Of a stretch of DNA of 64,000 nt, positions 16,942 to 27,687 are shown one piece after another. The translations under genes and the position numbers were made by a program. Numbering within the stretch: the first letter of the stretch is position 1; each line of letters begins with the position of its first letter. Source of the DNA: a virus. The notes under the pieces were generated by a model, which was given only the letters and a program-made list of their open reading frames with translations, searched no databases and had not been told where the DNA came from. Where the stretch lies: positions 1-64,000 of IMG/VR virus record IMGVR_UViG_3300042894_004439; one strand, 5' to 3'.

Positions 16942-17517
16942 ATGACCACACCAGACTCAGACACCAATGTAAAAGATCATTCACAGCTGTTGAACGATAC
17001 AGGTATGTATGTTTTTATGGGTCCAGTGGACGATGAAGCCATCAAACCTATCATTGAATGGATTCTTGTTGAAAATCATGTGGTCAAGAAAAAGAAAAAA
17101 GAACTGCTACTAATGATCTGCAGTGAAGGCGGCGATCTCCAAAGTGCGTTTGCACTGATAGATGTGATGAATGCCAGTAGTATTCCGGTTAAAACCATTG
17201 GACTAGGACAAATTGCCAGTGCAGGACTGTGTATATTCATTGCAGGGGCCAAGGGCCGCAGGGTTCTTACACCCAACACAAGTATTCTAAGTCATCAGTA
17301 CAGCTGGGGCAGTGACGGCAAAGCACATGAATTGTTTGCACAGGTAAAAGAATACGAACTCACATTTCAGCGCATGTTAGAGTTGTATCGTAATGCAACT
17401 GGATTAGATGACGACGCCATACGCAAATACCTGCTGCCGCCACAGGATGTTTGGCTAAGTTCCAAAGATGCATTGGAATTGCACATCTGTGACTATGTGA
17501 GTGATCTCAAGAAGTAA
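16942..17517 (+). CDS. clpP: ClpP-family protease subunit (divergent phage type)
   Basis: ICSEGGD, LGQIASAG (Ser), LSHQ (His), PQDVWLS..ALELHICD. Confidence 0.85.
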   Translation: MTTPDSDTNVKDHSQLLNDTGMYVFMGPVDDEAIKPIIEWILVENHVVKKKKKELLLMICSEGGDLQSAFALIDVMNASSIPVKTIGLGQIASAGLCIFIAGAKGRRVLTPNTSILSHQYSWGSDGKAHELFAQVKEYELTFQRMLELYRNATGLDDDAIRKYLLPPQDVWLSSKDALELHICDYVSDLKK

Positions 17518-19077
17518 TTACTTCTGACGCTTACGCCCTAGAGTTTTTTCGTTACCAAATTTCTCTGGTTCTTGATAGGCCTTGACATTGCTACGAGGCG
17601 GAATATAATCAACCAACTCCCCAGCTTTGCCCTTGTCTGCATCACCAGCAGTGGCAGTCTGCTCTACATTGGGTTCAACCTTGGGTTGTTTGTTGATGTT
17701 AAAAACCAACTTGCCACTTGAACTAGATGTGCTGGAATAACTCTTTTGTGCCTCCAGTGTGACTTCGGTAAACAACTTGCTGGGCCATACTGTATTAAAC
17801 CCTTGGATTATGAATTCTGTTTTGGCATTTTTAGCTTCAGTGTACATCTGCACAAACGCCGAGTTATTGAGAATGTCAGCGGCAGCATCACTGAAGTCTG
17901 TGGTCATGTTGATATGATTAACAACCTTGTACGCAATACTTGCTACCATGTGATTCAATGGTACTATCTTGCTGGGATCTTCTGCAGTGCGATCGTGATA
18001 AATCTTCTTTAGATTTTTACTGATATTGATTTTGTCAATATCAAAGTCTTTGACACCTGCATATTGCTTTAAACCCATTACTTGTTGTACTTCTGCAGCA
18101 GTGATTAATTCTTGTTCTACTGCCAGGGTCAATGGGCCTGAATTATGATCACCTCGGTCAATGGTTTCTAGAATTTCAATCACATCGGCATATTGCTGTC
18201 GGAACTGTGTCATACCAGCAGCTTCTAGTTCACGCACACTGGTCAATAAGTTTATGCTAGATGCCATCGCACCCTTGGCGCCTTTTGAACTGAGTTTGAT
18301 CTGTTTGCCTTCAGGACTGATCAACAAACTATCGTATAACCCACCGCTGACATTTTGATTGAAACTCACAACAGATCCTGCAAATCCATCTTGACCCATG
18401 AAGATTTCCGCGGCCTTGGCAGCATTGCCTTTGACTGGAATACCACGGATCAGCACGATAGGTTGTAGCATTTCGCAAAAGTAATCACGGAAACCAGCAA
18501 AGTCCATCTTGCCCGCAGGCACACTCACAGGAAACCTGTCAGTGGAAGTAATAATAACTGCGGCGCGATACTCGTCTGAGCTTTCACCAAACTTGGCAGC
18601 AATCTGTGCCAGTATACTGGATGGAGTTTGACTTTTGAATTCAGTCAACACATCACTGGGTTTGTAACCGACTTTTTCTTTGCTGCCACGAGCATCCGAT
18701 TGACTAAACCCACCAGGTATATCTTTGGTTTGGAAAAATGTATTTTGTGTTCTGACCGGTTTGATTTCCTCGGCAAATTTTGCCAAGTATCTAGGACCCA
18801 CCGCGGTATTAAATGCTGCTATGCCAAATGCTCGTGTTCTTGCATTGGGACGATTAATCTGTTCAATCTCACGCCCAACTTGATCTTCTACCTGAGCAAA
18901 GGCCGCCAACATTTGTTGGACATCTGTGTATGATCCAACTTCTGGGTAAAAAGTCAGTCCCTGAAATGCAATTTGATCGTCGGCATCAGGGCCACGGTTG
19001 TAAATTTCGCCAGGTTGCCGGGCACTTAGTCCACGACTTTCTTCTAAATTGTCTAGCAAATCAAGTAGGTCACGCAT
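17518..19077 (-). CDS. hypothetical 519 aa protein, possibly head-associated
   Basis: Long ORF; late promoter TAAGTA (minus, 19102-19107); N-terminus MRDLLDLLDNLEE. Confidence 0.75.
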   Translation of the reverse strand: MRDLLDLLDNLEESRGLSARQPGEIYNRGPDADDQIAFQGLTFYPEVGSYTDVQQMLAAFAQVEDQVGREIEQINRPNARTRAFGIAAFNTAVGPRYLAKFAEEIKPVRTQNTFFQTKDIPGGFSQSDARGSKEKVGYKPSDVLTEFKSQTPSSILAQIAAKFGESSDEYRAAVIITSTDRFPVSVPAGKMDFAGFRDYFCEMLQPIVLIRGIPVKGNAAKAAEIFMGQDGFAGSVVSFNQNVSGGLYDSLLISPEGKQIKLSSKGAKGAMASSINLLTSVRELEAAGMTQFRQQYADVIEILETIDRGDHNSGPLTLAVEQELITAAEVQQVMGLKQYAGVKDFDIDKINISKNLKKIYHDRTAEDPSKIVPLNHMVASIAYKVVNHINMTTDFSDAAADILNNSAFVQMYTEAKNAKTEFIIQGFNTVWPSKLFTEVTLEAQKSYSSTSSSSGKLVFNINKQPKVEPNVEQTATAGDADKGKAGELVDYIPPRSNVKAYQEPEKFGNEKTLGRKRQK

Positions 19078-19152
19078 TGTATTTTTCCAAAAATTATAGT
19101 ATACTTATACAATATTATGGCAGTAGCTGTTAGTTTATAAATAAAAATTACA

Positions 19153-20454
19153 ATGTCATTTGAAAAAACTTTTTGCTCAAGCCCATGGTTGCACATGAGA
19201 ATCAACAATTCTGGCAGTTACGAGTATTGCAGATGGCAATCCAAAACATCTCAAACCAGCAGGATTGACGCTGATCACAACATAAGAAATCAATCACCAA
19301 TTGACTACTTTCAGAATACCATGGCGCCCATACGGACAAAATTACTTTCGGGTCAAGACCATGCTCCATGTTCTGAATGTCATCACATGGAACAACACAA
19401 AAAACCCAGTGGTAGACAGCGCCAGTTATTGAAAGTTGGTGTCACTGTTGACAAATTTGAAAAAACCATGATCAGCAGTCCGGTATTTCACGAATTTAAA
19501 TACAGCAATGATCACAACGGGCATACTAACAGATTGCCCAGTGACTGGCAGATTGATCTTGGTAATTTTTGCAATTCGGCGTGTGTGTATTGTAATCCAG
19601 AATTTAGCAGTAGATTGGCCACAGAATTTAAACGCATTGGATTGATAGATCAAATGCCTCCGGGCTCGTGGTGCAACGATGAAAAATTAATAAAAAAGTT
19701 CATTGACAATTTAAGCGTCTGCAATGAATTGCATTACCTGCACTTTCTTGGAGGTGAAACACTGATCACGCCTGGATTTGAAATTATTCTAAAAGGGATC
19801 ATTGCCGCAGGCCTGGCCAAGAATGTCACAATAGGATTCACTACAAATCTCACTGTATGGAACAGTGATGTTATTGATTTGTTAACACAATTCAAACAGG
19901 TCAATTTGGGAGTAAGCATTGATACCTTGACGCCAGTCAATGACTACGTGCGTTGGCCCAGTGATTTGCCCGAGGTCAATAAAATTTTAAATCAATGGAT
20001 ATCATTGTCTAAAAATCATGGTTGGTTAATGCAACTCAGAGTAACTCCAACTTGTTTGACAATACATGACTTGACAACAATTTATGATTTTGCATGGGAC
20101 AATAAATTGTCAGTGGAAAGCTGTAATTTTCTTCAAGACCCAGAATTTTTAAGAATCAATGTGTTACCAAAACAACAAAGACTACAAATTTGTCAAGGTA
20201 TAAAACAATGGATTGATGCACACACTGTAGAATCAACTGCGCAAATAATAAACACACGCGATCCTGGCATTGTGGAACAACAGTTGGTACAGGATGCAGC
20301 TAGTTATTGTAATTTGTTGGAGTTTGGCGAAGATGAACACCATCGATTGCCGCAACTTGTGCAGTATTTAAAAAAATTAGAAGCCAGCCGTAGCAATTGT
20401 GTGTTAGACTATGTGCCCCAATATGAATCAATTTTCAGATCTGCTGGGTACTGA
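19153..20454 (+). CDS. radical SAM protein with twitch/SPASM-like N-terminal Cys motifs
   Basis: CNSACVYC, FLGGETL, FTTN, VSID; CSSPW..C..CSEC; TATAAATA 19136-19143. Confidence 0.9.
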   Translation: MSFEKTFCSSPWLHMRINNSGSYEYCRWQSKTSQTSRIDADHNIRNQSPIDYFQNTMAPIRTKLLSGQDHAPCSECHHMEQHKKPSGRQRQLLKVGVTVDKFEKTMISSPVFHEFKYSNDHNGHTNRLPSDWQIDLGNFCNSACVYCNPEFSSRLATEFKRIGLIDQMPPGSWCNDEKLIKKFIDNLSVCNELHYLHFLGGETLITPGFEIILKGIIAAGLAKNVTIGFTTNLTVWNSDVIDLLTQFKQVNLGVSIDTLTPVNDYVRWPSDLPEVNKILNQWISLSKNHGWLMQLRVTPTCLTIHDLTTIYDFAWDNKLSVESCNFLQDPEFLRINVLPKQQRLQICQGIKQWIDAHTVESTAQIINTRDPGIVEQQLVQDAASYCNLLEFGEDEHHRLPQLVQYLKKLEASRSNCVLDYVPQYESIFRSAGY

Positions 20455-20857
20455 CATTCAACTCAATGTGCAATTACGACTGTCAGCTATTGTTGACAAC
20501 GGCGTACCCACTGCCTTGGTCAAATACAACAATAAAATTTTGTTAAATCAAACACTTGATAGTGCAGTTTGTATAAACTGGGATTGTGGTCTGCTTGATC
20601 CCATGTGCATCCAGGTAGAACTCATTGATAAAATATACAATGATCAAAAAGAAACTGCAATAATTATTGAATCCTTGACAGTTGATGGTGTTGCACTGAT
20701 TCCTAAATACAATAATTTGATTACTTATGTCAATGATCATGATATAGATACTCCTACTAATTATTTGGGATTCAATGGCATTTGGGAATTGCATATTCCT
20801 AGGCCATTTTATCAATGGCTACACACCGTGCAAGGTCAAGGACTGTTGATCGAATAA
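20423..20857 (+). CDS. hypothetical protein
   Basis: About 144 aa between the radical SAM and GT genes. Confidence 0.65.
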   Translation: MNQFSDLLGTDIQLNVQLRLSAIVDNGVPTALVKYNNKILLNQTLDSAVCINWDCGLLDPMCIQVELIDKIYNDQKETAIIIESLTVDGVALIPKYNNLITYVNDHDIDTPTNYLGFNGIWELHIPRPFYQWLHTVQGQGLLIE

Positions 20858-21930
20858 TGAAAATTAGACTAATTGGACTACGCAACAATCTAGGTATTGG
20901 TCGGCACTACACCTGCTTTGCAGACGCTATCAAAAGAGTCAACGGCATTGGTAATCTTGTGGAAGAAATCAACTTTCAAGATTCGGCACAATTAAATTCA
21001 GCAGTGCAACAAAGCCAACCTGGAGACATCAACATCAGCTTTGTGCCCATGAACATACATGAACATTTTTGCGGACACAACGTTCAATGGACTGTGTTTG
21101 AAAGCACTCGCATACCCAGTTTGTTGATGAAGGTATTGCCACATGCTGACAGTGTGTGGGTTCCCAGTGGTTGGGGACAACAAACATTGATTACTCACGG
21201 AATTGATCCAGCCCGTGTGGCAGTGGTTCCTGAAGGCGTGGACACAGATCAATTCCATCCGTATGCTAGACCCAGCAACTTGGGCCGTCCGTTTAGATTT
21301 TTGTTTGTGGGCAAATACGAACAAAGAAAAAGTTGCAACGAAGTTATCCAAGCATTTGCACAAGCATTTGGCAATAATCCAATGGTAGAGCTGGTGATCA
21401 AAACAAACTATTTTGTAGGATACGGGCTGACTCAACAGGATTTAGAAAAATACATACAAGATCAAGGGCTAACCAATGTGCAAGTGTTCTGGGGCGAAGC
21501 TGATAATCTAGTGGACTTTTATCGCAACTGTGACGTTTTTGTGTTGCCATCCAAAGGCGAAGGTTGGGGCCTGCCCATCATTGAAGCTGCCGCATCAGGT
21601 ATGCCCATTGTGTCAACATTTTACAGTGGGCATAGAGAATACCTGCAACACATAACAAGTGGCACAGTGCCTGTGGACTACAAATTGGGCACAATTGAGT
21701 GTCCCGAATACCACAGATTTTATCCCGAACCCAGCAACAATTGGGGACTATGGGCCATACCTGATGTTGACCATTTGGCAGAATGCCTGAGGTTTGCTAA
21801 AAATCACTGGGATTTTTTAGCACCCAATGCTCTTAAAAACAGCAGGGTTATCAGAACTGAATTTAGTTGGGCAAATAGCGTAAATTCTGCCCTAAAAACC
21901 CTTCAAAATCAAGGACTTTTATCTGGTTGA
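20857..21930 (+). CDS. GT4-family glycosyltransferase
   Basis: VPEGVD, FLFVGKYEQRK, FVLPSKGEGWGLPIIEAAASGMPIV. Confidence 0.92.
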   Translation: MKIRLIGLRNNLGIGRHYTCFADAIKRVNGIGNLVEEINFQDSAQLNSAVQQSQPGDINISFVPMNIHEHFCGHNVQWTVFESTRIPSLLMKVLPHADSVWVPSGWGQQTLITHGIDPARVAVVPEGVDTDQFHPYARPSNLGRPFRFLFVGKYEQRKSCNEVIQAFAQAFGNNPMVELVIKTNYFVGYGLTQQDLEKYIQDQGLTNVQVFWGEADNLVDFYRNCDVFVLPSKGEGWGLPIIEAAASGMPIVSTFYSGHREYLQHITSGTVPVDYKLGTIECPEYHRFYPEPSNNWGLWAIPDVDHLAECLRFAKNHWDFLAPNALKNSRVIRTEFSWANSVNSALKTLQNQGLLSG

Positions 21931-21955
21931 CCAAATACTCCCAAACTGCTATAAT
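21927..21955 (+). promoter_or_regulatory. early sigma70-type promoter
   Basis: TTGACC-17-TATAAT with TG extension, 6 nt before the ATG. Confidence 0.8.
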
Positions 21956-21961
21956 CATAGT

Positions 21962-22201
21962 ATGAAATTAGATACTGATGAAATTTTGCAATGGGCCGGA
22001 GCTGTGTTTATTGTAGCAGGACACAGTTTAAATGCCGCAGGTCCTGAGGCCTATCCTTACAATATCCTTACATTTTTTATAGGAACAATACTGTTTCTGG
22101 CCTGGACTATCCGTGTTCGAAACAAGCCACAGATGTTTGTGAACCTGGTGAGTGTGGCCATTGGGTTTACAGGACTAGTAAAAGCAATTGGCCAAGTTTA
22201 A
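21962..22201 (+). CDS. small membrane protein
   Basis: Three hydrophobic segments. Confidence 0.7.
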   Translation: MKLDTDEILQWAGAVFIVAGHSLNAAGPEAYPYNILTFFIGTILFLAWTIRVRNKPQMFVNLVSVAIGFTGLVKAIGQV

Positions 22202-22216
22202 AGGAAAACATAAGCA

Positions 22217-22585
22217 ATGAAAGCATTTCTTGAAATCACTGATTGGGGCAACGAACGGGTGGTCAATCACGTTTACTTCTTAAGCGACAGCAAAGACAAG
22301 ATGTATGCTTACATCAACAAGGAAGGTCGGATTGATGAAGTTAAAACTCCGTATCGCTTTCATGTTCGCGGACGCAAGTTTAAAGAGATCGCCAACACCT
22401 GGGGATTCCGACCACGTGATGAAGTAGAAGTAGAATCAGCAGGTGAACAGTACCGGGTTCCTGGTAGCAAGGGTGCAGTTTATACTGTGACCAATGACCG
22501 CGGAAGTTGGACTTGCACCTGCCCTGCATCGAAATGGCAAAAGGGCGAGTGCAAACACATTGTGAAATTAAAGACCGAAGCGTGA
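22217..22585 (+). CDS. SWIM zinc-finger protein
   Basis: GSKGAVYTV..WTCTCP..ECKHI. Confidence 0.8.
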   Translation: MKAFLEITDWGNERVVNHVYFLSDSKDKMYAYINKEGRIDEVKTPYRFHVRGRKFKEIANTWGFRPRDEVEVESAGEQYRVPGSKGAVYTVTNDRGSWTCTCPASKWQKGECKHIVKLKTEA

Positions 22586-23275
22586 CTTGAAGTAGTTGAA
22601 GTTTTGCAGTTGTTCTTCTGCTGTTAATGTTCTGTTATACATCAACACCACAGCAATCTTACCTTGCATGTTGCGATTCTCATAGCCACTGGTACCAACA
22701 TATAATTGTGTAGGTCCAGAGAAAGCAGGGTTGGTTGTTGTGCCTCCCATGACATTCCATCCGGCCACTGCCTGATCGCTTGCTATTCCATTTACGTAGA
22801 AAGTGGTTGCACCAAAGGTTCCAGCAGCCCAATCGTCGTCATTGCCGGGATTGGGTGCTTCCCAGCCGTTGTTGTAAAATCTCATGCTCTTGTCGCCTGG
22901 GATACCAAATAGGCCTGCTAGTCCACTCACAGTGAAATCAGGTTGGAATACCATGGTAAAATCTTGATACACATTGGTTGATGCAGTGTGGATACTGCCA
23001 CCAAATGAGTTTGATCCACTACCGCCTGCATTGGTAGACCAGTTGAAATAACTGGTCTGGCCATCAGCCACATAGGATATAGCACTGTAGTCGTTGACCA
23101 CAGTTCCGTTATTGGCGGCAGTGGACAAGTCAGTTACGGCAGTGCCTGTTCCTGGGTAACTGGCAGGATCGCTAAAATCGTAATGTAATACTAATCCATC
23201 AGTGACTATTGACGAAGTCTGTGTAACGGACACGCCAGCTCCAACAGTGATTCCAGGTCCTATAGTTATGGCCAT
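22568..23275 (-). CDS. LamG/concanavalin A-like virion protein
   Basis: IVTDGLVLHYD..SYPGTG..DLS; MQGKIAVVLMYNRTLT..QNF..RFGL. Confidence 0.8.
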   Translation of the reverse strand: MAITIGPGITVGAGVSVTQTSSIVTDGLVLHYDFSDPASYPGTGTAVTDLSTAANNGTVVNDYSAISYVADGQTSYFNWSTNAGGSGSNSFGGSIHTASTNVYQDFTMVFQPDFTVSGLAGLFGIPGDKSMRFYNNGWEAPNPGNDDDWAAGTFGATTFYVNGIASDQAVAGWNVMGGTTTNPAFSGPTQLYVGTSGYENRNMQGKIAVVLMYNRTLTAEEQLQNFNYFKSRFGL

Positions 23276-23278
23276 TGT

Positions 23279-26200
23279 TTAACTTATCTTGGTGTAACCG
23301 TAATTTACAGTTACAGCGTTGCCGCTGGTGTTGTTGATACCAAAAGAGAACACATTGGTGTTGGCCACCGCAGGTTGAGCATTGGCGATAGCACCGGCTG
23401 TGCCTATAATCTGAGCAGGGATGCTGGTAAACATCAATATGTTGCCACCGCCTTCATAGTTCCAGGCAAACTGTTGACCTATCACTGGCACGTTGGTGTT
23501 GGACACACTGACCGTGGCATTGTAGACTATGATACCGTTGGGTATGTTACCAAGGACCCATAGTTGATACGTGTTGTTGATCGGCACAGTGAAATTCTGT
23601 GTGCTGTTGCCTACGGGCACAGTCCAAGTGCTTTCGAATGTTGTGGCAACATTAGATAAGGTATTACCATTACCAAAGAAATTAGCGGCTGTAACATTGC
23701 CTGTGGCACTGATATTACCAGCTGAAATATTACCGGCACCAGTGATGTTGCCGCCACTCATGGTGATGGCACCGCCTGAGCCTGTGGTAATTAAATTACC
23801 GCCGGTTATGTTGCCAGAACCTCCTACTGTACCAGTGCCAAATGCTACATTGCCATTGAAATTTGCACCATTGACATTTCCGCCAGTTATAGTACCTGAT
23901 CCAACAGTTAAGTTTCCACTGACAATGTTGCCAACAGCACTGATGTTGCCAGGAGCACTCAAATTGCCAGTAGTATCAAATTGCCAAGTTCCACTAACAG
24001 TGGTAATAAAACCACCATTGCCACTAACGCCCATATAAGAGCTTTCATCAGCAGTTATCAAGTTTACATAACCACCACCAGCAAATAGATCCAAATTGGC
24101 GCCTAGGGGTCTAATTCGACTGCCACCGGGCAATGTTAATGTGCCAGCGGTATTAAATATCCACTGTGCTGAGTTACCAGCCGCATCATTGCTGTTGATT
24201 ACGATGTTGCCGGTATTGGCCAACTGTATATACTTGTTGTCATCGCCGATGAACTGATTGAAGTATTGATTGTTGCCGGTGTCAAAATGTATGTGTGTGG
24301 GTTCGTCAATGATATTGCCCCGCACTCGCAGGTATAAATCATTTGTTAGGGACACAGGATCCGGTGCAAGATACAGTCCACTCTGTGTGTTGCTGGTGCC
24401 GGTGCCGATCACTGCCTCACCATTGAATGTGACGCCGCCGGTTACTCGATTACCGTTGGCATAGTTTATTGCGATAATATTACCCGGCAAGGTCAAGTTA
24501 CCATTGGCACCAAAGGTCCACTGTGCTGTGTTGCCTGTATCGTCGTTGCTGTTGACCACGACATTACCGGTATTGGCCAACTTGACATACAAGTTGTCGT
24601 CGCCTAAGAATAACTCTGTGTTGTATAAGTTGCCTGTGGTCAAGTGCAAGTGATTGGCATCATTGACTGTGGGATAAATCAACAACTCTTGATCAGCATT
24701 GGTTCCACCTGTTGGTTTTAAAGCAATGGCACTACCACTAAGTCCGCCGTCCGGAATGTTGGTTTCATAAACAACACCACCCATTGGCAAGTTGAGGTTA
24801 CCAGCCCCGTCAAAAGTCCAGGTACCACCGGCTTGAATCACAACATCACCTGCCAATGCGCTTGCATCAGCGGCACCCGAAGTTAGATAGATAGTGCCAC
24901 CATTAACGCCATTACCAGTGCTGTCGCCAGCTTCGATGATTACATTACCACCTGCAGCACCTCTATCAATATTGCCCATGTTGCCGCCAGCATCGCCGGC
25001 ACGGAGTGTGAGTATACCACCGTCTTGGGCAGGATAGTTGTCAACGCCAGTGGAAGCCGCACCGCCCTGGCCGCCCTGTATGGTAATAGTTCCGCCTGAT
25101 CCACCAAAATCAACGTTGGATGCTCCACCGCGGCCGCCTTCAATCACAACATCGCCGCCACTGCTGTCGCTGTCTTCGGCCGAATCACCAGCAAAAATAT
25201 TGATGTCACCACCTTCGGAAGTAGATCCTGCACTGCGATCACGAGCCTGTAACAAGATGTCATCGGCTGAGTAGAGTTGTATGTCTGCACCGTTGCCTGT
25301 GGCACGGTTGTCGATGTCTATGGTAGCTGTACCAACAATATTGCCGGGAATAGTTACATTACCTGTTGTGTCAAAAGTCCAGGTACCTGCACCTGCTACC
25401 GCCACTGTGACATTGCCGTTGGCCGTGGCTATGGCCACGTTGCTGTTGCCGTTTGAAATGCTTGACGTGGACACATTGATACCGGTCAGTTGGCTGCCGT
25501 TGCCAAAGAAATAGTTGCCAGTGATGTTGCCTGTAGCACTGACCAATCCAGTAGTAGTAATGTTGCCGCCTGCAATGTTACCACTGGAGGGTTCAACTGT
25601 GGCATAGTTTACATATTTTATGTTGCCATCATAAGTCATTATACTCATGGCACCATTGGAGGTGATATCTTGTGTGACCACAGGAGCTGGTAAACTGGTC
25701 AATTCACTGCCGTTACCTTTGATGTAAGCACCTGTGACGTTGCCAGTGGCACTGACGTTGGCCGGTGCTGTCAAGTTGCCATTTGAGTCAAAGGTCCATT
25801 GATAAGTGCCACCCAGACTGCGCACCGTGACTTGGCCATCACCGGTTATGCTTACGTCTGAGGCACTGGTCTGCACTATGCTGGCATTGGACCAGGTCAA
25901 ACTTCCACCGGTAATGCTTATATTACCAGCAGTGATGTTGCCTGTAGTTGATATGCTGGTGTTACTATCGTTTTGTAATACAGCATTGCCGTTGACTGTA
26001 AGCACATTGCCTGGGCTTAGACTGACAGGCACATTGTTCATAAAAATGGTAGCGTTCGACACATACAAATCGTTCCACTGATTTGTGGCATTGCCCAAAC
26101 TGTAAATAGCATTGCCACTTGGAATGATATTGCCGGCCCATCCTGATTCACCGTAGGCCACAGCATTGCTATTGCCATACGTTGCTGGGAATCCATTTGC

Positions 26201-27169
26201 TTGACTGACATTGCCAAAGAAATATCCACCTGTGATATTGCCAGTGGTGCTCACTGTGTTGGCACCAAACCCAGCCAACAATGTGACCACGTTGGCATTG
26301 CCGTAAGTTGCGGCGAGCCCAGTCAATTGACTGCCGTTGCCAAAGAAATATGGTGCAGTGATGTTGCCAACTGCACTCAACCCAATGTTTGTGGTCCACA
26401 CATTGCCGGTAGAATTATATAACAATGTAGCAATGTTATCATTGGCACCTACAGTAATGCCAGAACCATTGGCCGCATTGGCTGTGCTGGCTGCATTGGC
26501 CAATTGAATGGTCAATGTTTCGGTAACAATGTTGCCAACTTGTATAATGTTGCCTTGGACTGTTAAATTTCCAGCCACAGTCAGGTCACCATTTACCGAA
26601 GTGCCGGCACTGATGTTTAGATACTGAGAATACACTGTGGCCCAACGACGTGTTGCACTACCTAAATTTCTAATGTTTGCTGTGTCTGGAAGCACAGATG
26701 AATTGACTACTACTGTGCCAACTCCATTGGGCACCAAGTTGATATTGCCATTGGTATTGGTGGTTAGAACAGTGTTGTTGGCAATTTGGATATTGCTGTT
26801 CACTGGACCTGCAGCAAATATTTGGTCAAAGTTTACATTAACTGCCGTAAAAGCCGTGATCAATGATTCACCTGGAGGTACAGTGTTGATGATCTGTTGA
26901 CCACCCGAACTAAAAACCGCAGTCATGTTGCCCGAAGCGTTGGAAACTGCGTATGTTGCACCACCTGGCAAACTGGATAGGGTTATTGTGCTTGTGGGAT
27001 ATCCTGGTATCACTGTGCCAATGTAATAGGTGGCATTGGCCGTGATGCCACCAAACGTGTTGCCCGAAAACACAATGGGCAGACCCGAAAACATATTGTC
27101 CACGGAATTGACGGTTATGATATTTCCAACAGGATTGGCAGCAGTGGCGTAAATGGTATATTGTGTCAT
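23279..27169 (-). CDS. long tail fibre/adhesin-like virion protein (1296 aa)
   Basis: G/N/T/S-rich GNI(T/S) repeats, LGSATRRW motif, repeated WTFDxxGNLxxP modules; TAAATA upstream. Confidence 0.85.
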   Translation of the reverse strand: MTQYTIYATAANPVGNIITVNSVDNMFSGLPIVFSGNTFGGITANATYYIGTVIPGYPTSTITLSSLPGGATYAVSNASGNMTAVFSSGGQQIINTVPPGESLITAFTAVNVNFDQIFAAGPVNSNIQIANNTVLTTNTNGNINLVPNGVGTVVVNSSVLPDTANIRNLGSATRRWATVYSQYLNISAGTSVNGDLTVAGNLTVQGNIIQVGNIVTETLTIQLANAASTANAANGSGITVGANDNIATLLYNSTGNVWTTNIGLSAVGNITAPYFFGNGSQLTGLAATYGNANVVTLLAGFGANTVSTTGNITGGYFFGNVSQANGFPATYGNSNAVAYGESGWAGNIIPSGNAIYSLGNATNQWNDLYVSNATIFMNNVPVSLSPGNVLTVNGNAVLQNDSNTSISTTGNITAGNISITGGSLTWSNASIVQTSASDVSITGDGQVTVRSLGGTYQWTFDSNGNLTAPANVSATGNVTGAYIKGNGSELTSLPAPVVTQDITSNGAMSIMTYDGNIKYVNYATVEPSSGNIAGGNITTTGLVSATGNITGNYFFGNGSQLTGINVSTSSISNGNSNVAIATANGNVTVAVAGAGTWTFDTTGNVTIPGNIVGTATIDIDNRATGNGADIQLYSADDILLQARDRSAGSTSEGGDINIFAGDSAEDSDSSGGDVVIEGGRGGASNVDFGGSGGTITIQGGQGGAASTGVDNYPAQDGGILTLRAGDAGGNMGNIDRGAAGGNVIIEAGDSTGNGVNGGTIYLTSGAADASALAGDVVIQAGGTWTFDGAGNLNLPMGGVVYETNIPDGGLSGSAIALKPTGGTNADQELLIYPTVNDANHLHLTTGNLYNTELFLGDDNLYVKLANTGNVVVNSNDDTGNTAQWTFGANGNLTLPGNIIAINYANGNRVTGGVTFNGEAVIGTGTSNTQSGLYLAPDPVSLTNDLYLRVRGNIIDEPTHIHFDTGNNQYFNQFIGDDNKYIQLANTGNIVINSNDAAGNSAQWIFNTAGTLTLPGGSRIRPLGANLDLFAGGGYVNLITADESSYMGVSGNGGFITTVSGTWQFDTTGNLSAPGNISAVGNIVSGNLTVGSGTITGGNVNGANFNGNVAFGTGTVGGSGNITGGNLITTGSGGAITMSGGNITGAGNISAGNISATGNVTAANFFGNGNTLSNVATTFESTWTVPVGNSTQNFTVPINNTYQLWVLGNIPNGIIVYNATVSVSNTNVPVIGQQFAWNYEGGGNILMFTSIPAQIIGTAGAIANAQPAVANTNVFSFGINNTSGNAVTVNYGYTKIS

Positions 27170-27306
27170 TGAAGTAAATCAACCTTTATTGTTATTTATG
27201 GTTAAACTTGGTTCTAAAACTGTTGCGTAGATTCTGCAATCGTGTTATACTAGCATCATACTGTTAGTTAACAGTTATTTTAAATTTAAAAAGGAAAACT
27301 TAAATT

Positions 27307-27579
27307 ATGATCACTCGTTTTAGTCCAAAAACAAAAACCTACAAACTGTTCACAGCATTGCACAGTGGCGAAACTGTTACTCCTGCCCAGGCTGAGAAAC
27401 GTTTTGGTATCAAGAACATTTCTGCCGAAGCCAGCAGAATCCGTTCCGCTGGATTTGCAGTGTATTGCAACACCCGTAAAGCTGGCAACGGTGTAATGGT
27501 ATCAGAATACGCCATTGGCAAACCTTCACGCAAGGTTGTGGCTGCTGGTTACCGAGCATTGGCCATGGGCCTGGTGTAA
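27307..27579 (+). CDS. small winged-HTH-like protein
   Basis: LHSGETVTPAQAEKRFGIKNISAEASRIRSAGFAVY; promoter TTGCGT-17-TATACT at 27223-27251. Confidence 0.7.
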   Translation: MITRFSPKTKTYKLFTALHSGETVTPAQAEKRFGIKNISAEASRIRSAGFAVYCNTRKAGNGVMVSEYAIGKPSRKVVAAGYRALAMGLV

Positions 27580-27604
27580 TTCTTAGTTTAGGCTAGGAAG
27601 TTGT

Positions 27605-27632
27605 AAAAACCCTGCATTATGTAGGGTTTTTT
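27605..27632 (+). terminator. intrinsic terminator followed by promoter
   Basis: AAAAACCCTGCAT-T-ATGTAGGGTTTTTT; TTGACC-17-TAAAAT at 27634-27662. Confidence 0.75.
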
Positions 27633-27687
27633 ATTGACCTAAAAATCACAACAGTGTAAAATATAGTTTTAGCCAAGTTTAATAACC

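Noticed and set aside
406-17517. Interpreting the window as bacterial chromosome because of clpX/clpP/pstS/rpsU
   Set aside because: These genes lack their bacterial operon partners (tig/lon, pstCAB, clpA) and are interleaved with virion genes and T4-like promoters
23375-26900. Many plus-strand ORFs opposite the fibre gene (likewise minus-strand ORFs at 51-56 kb)
   Set aside because: Shadow frames of low-complexity G/N/T-rich coding sequence
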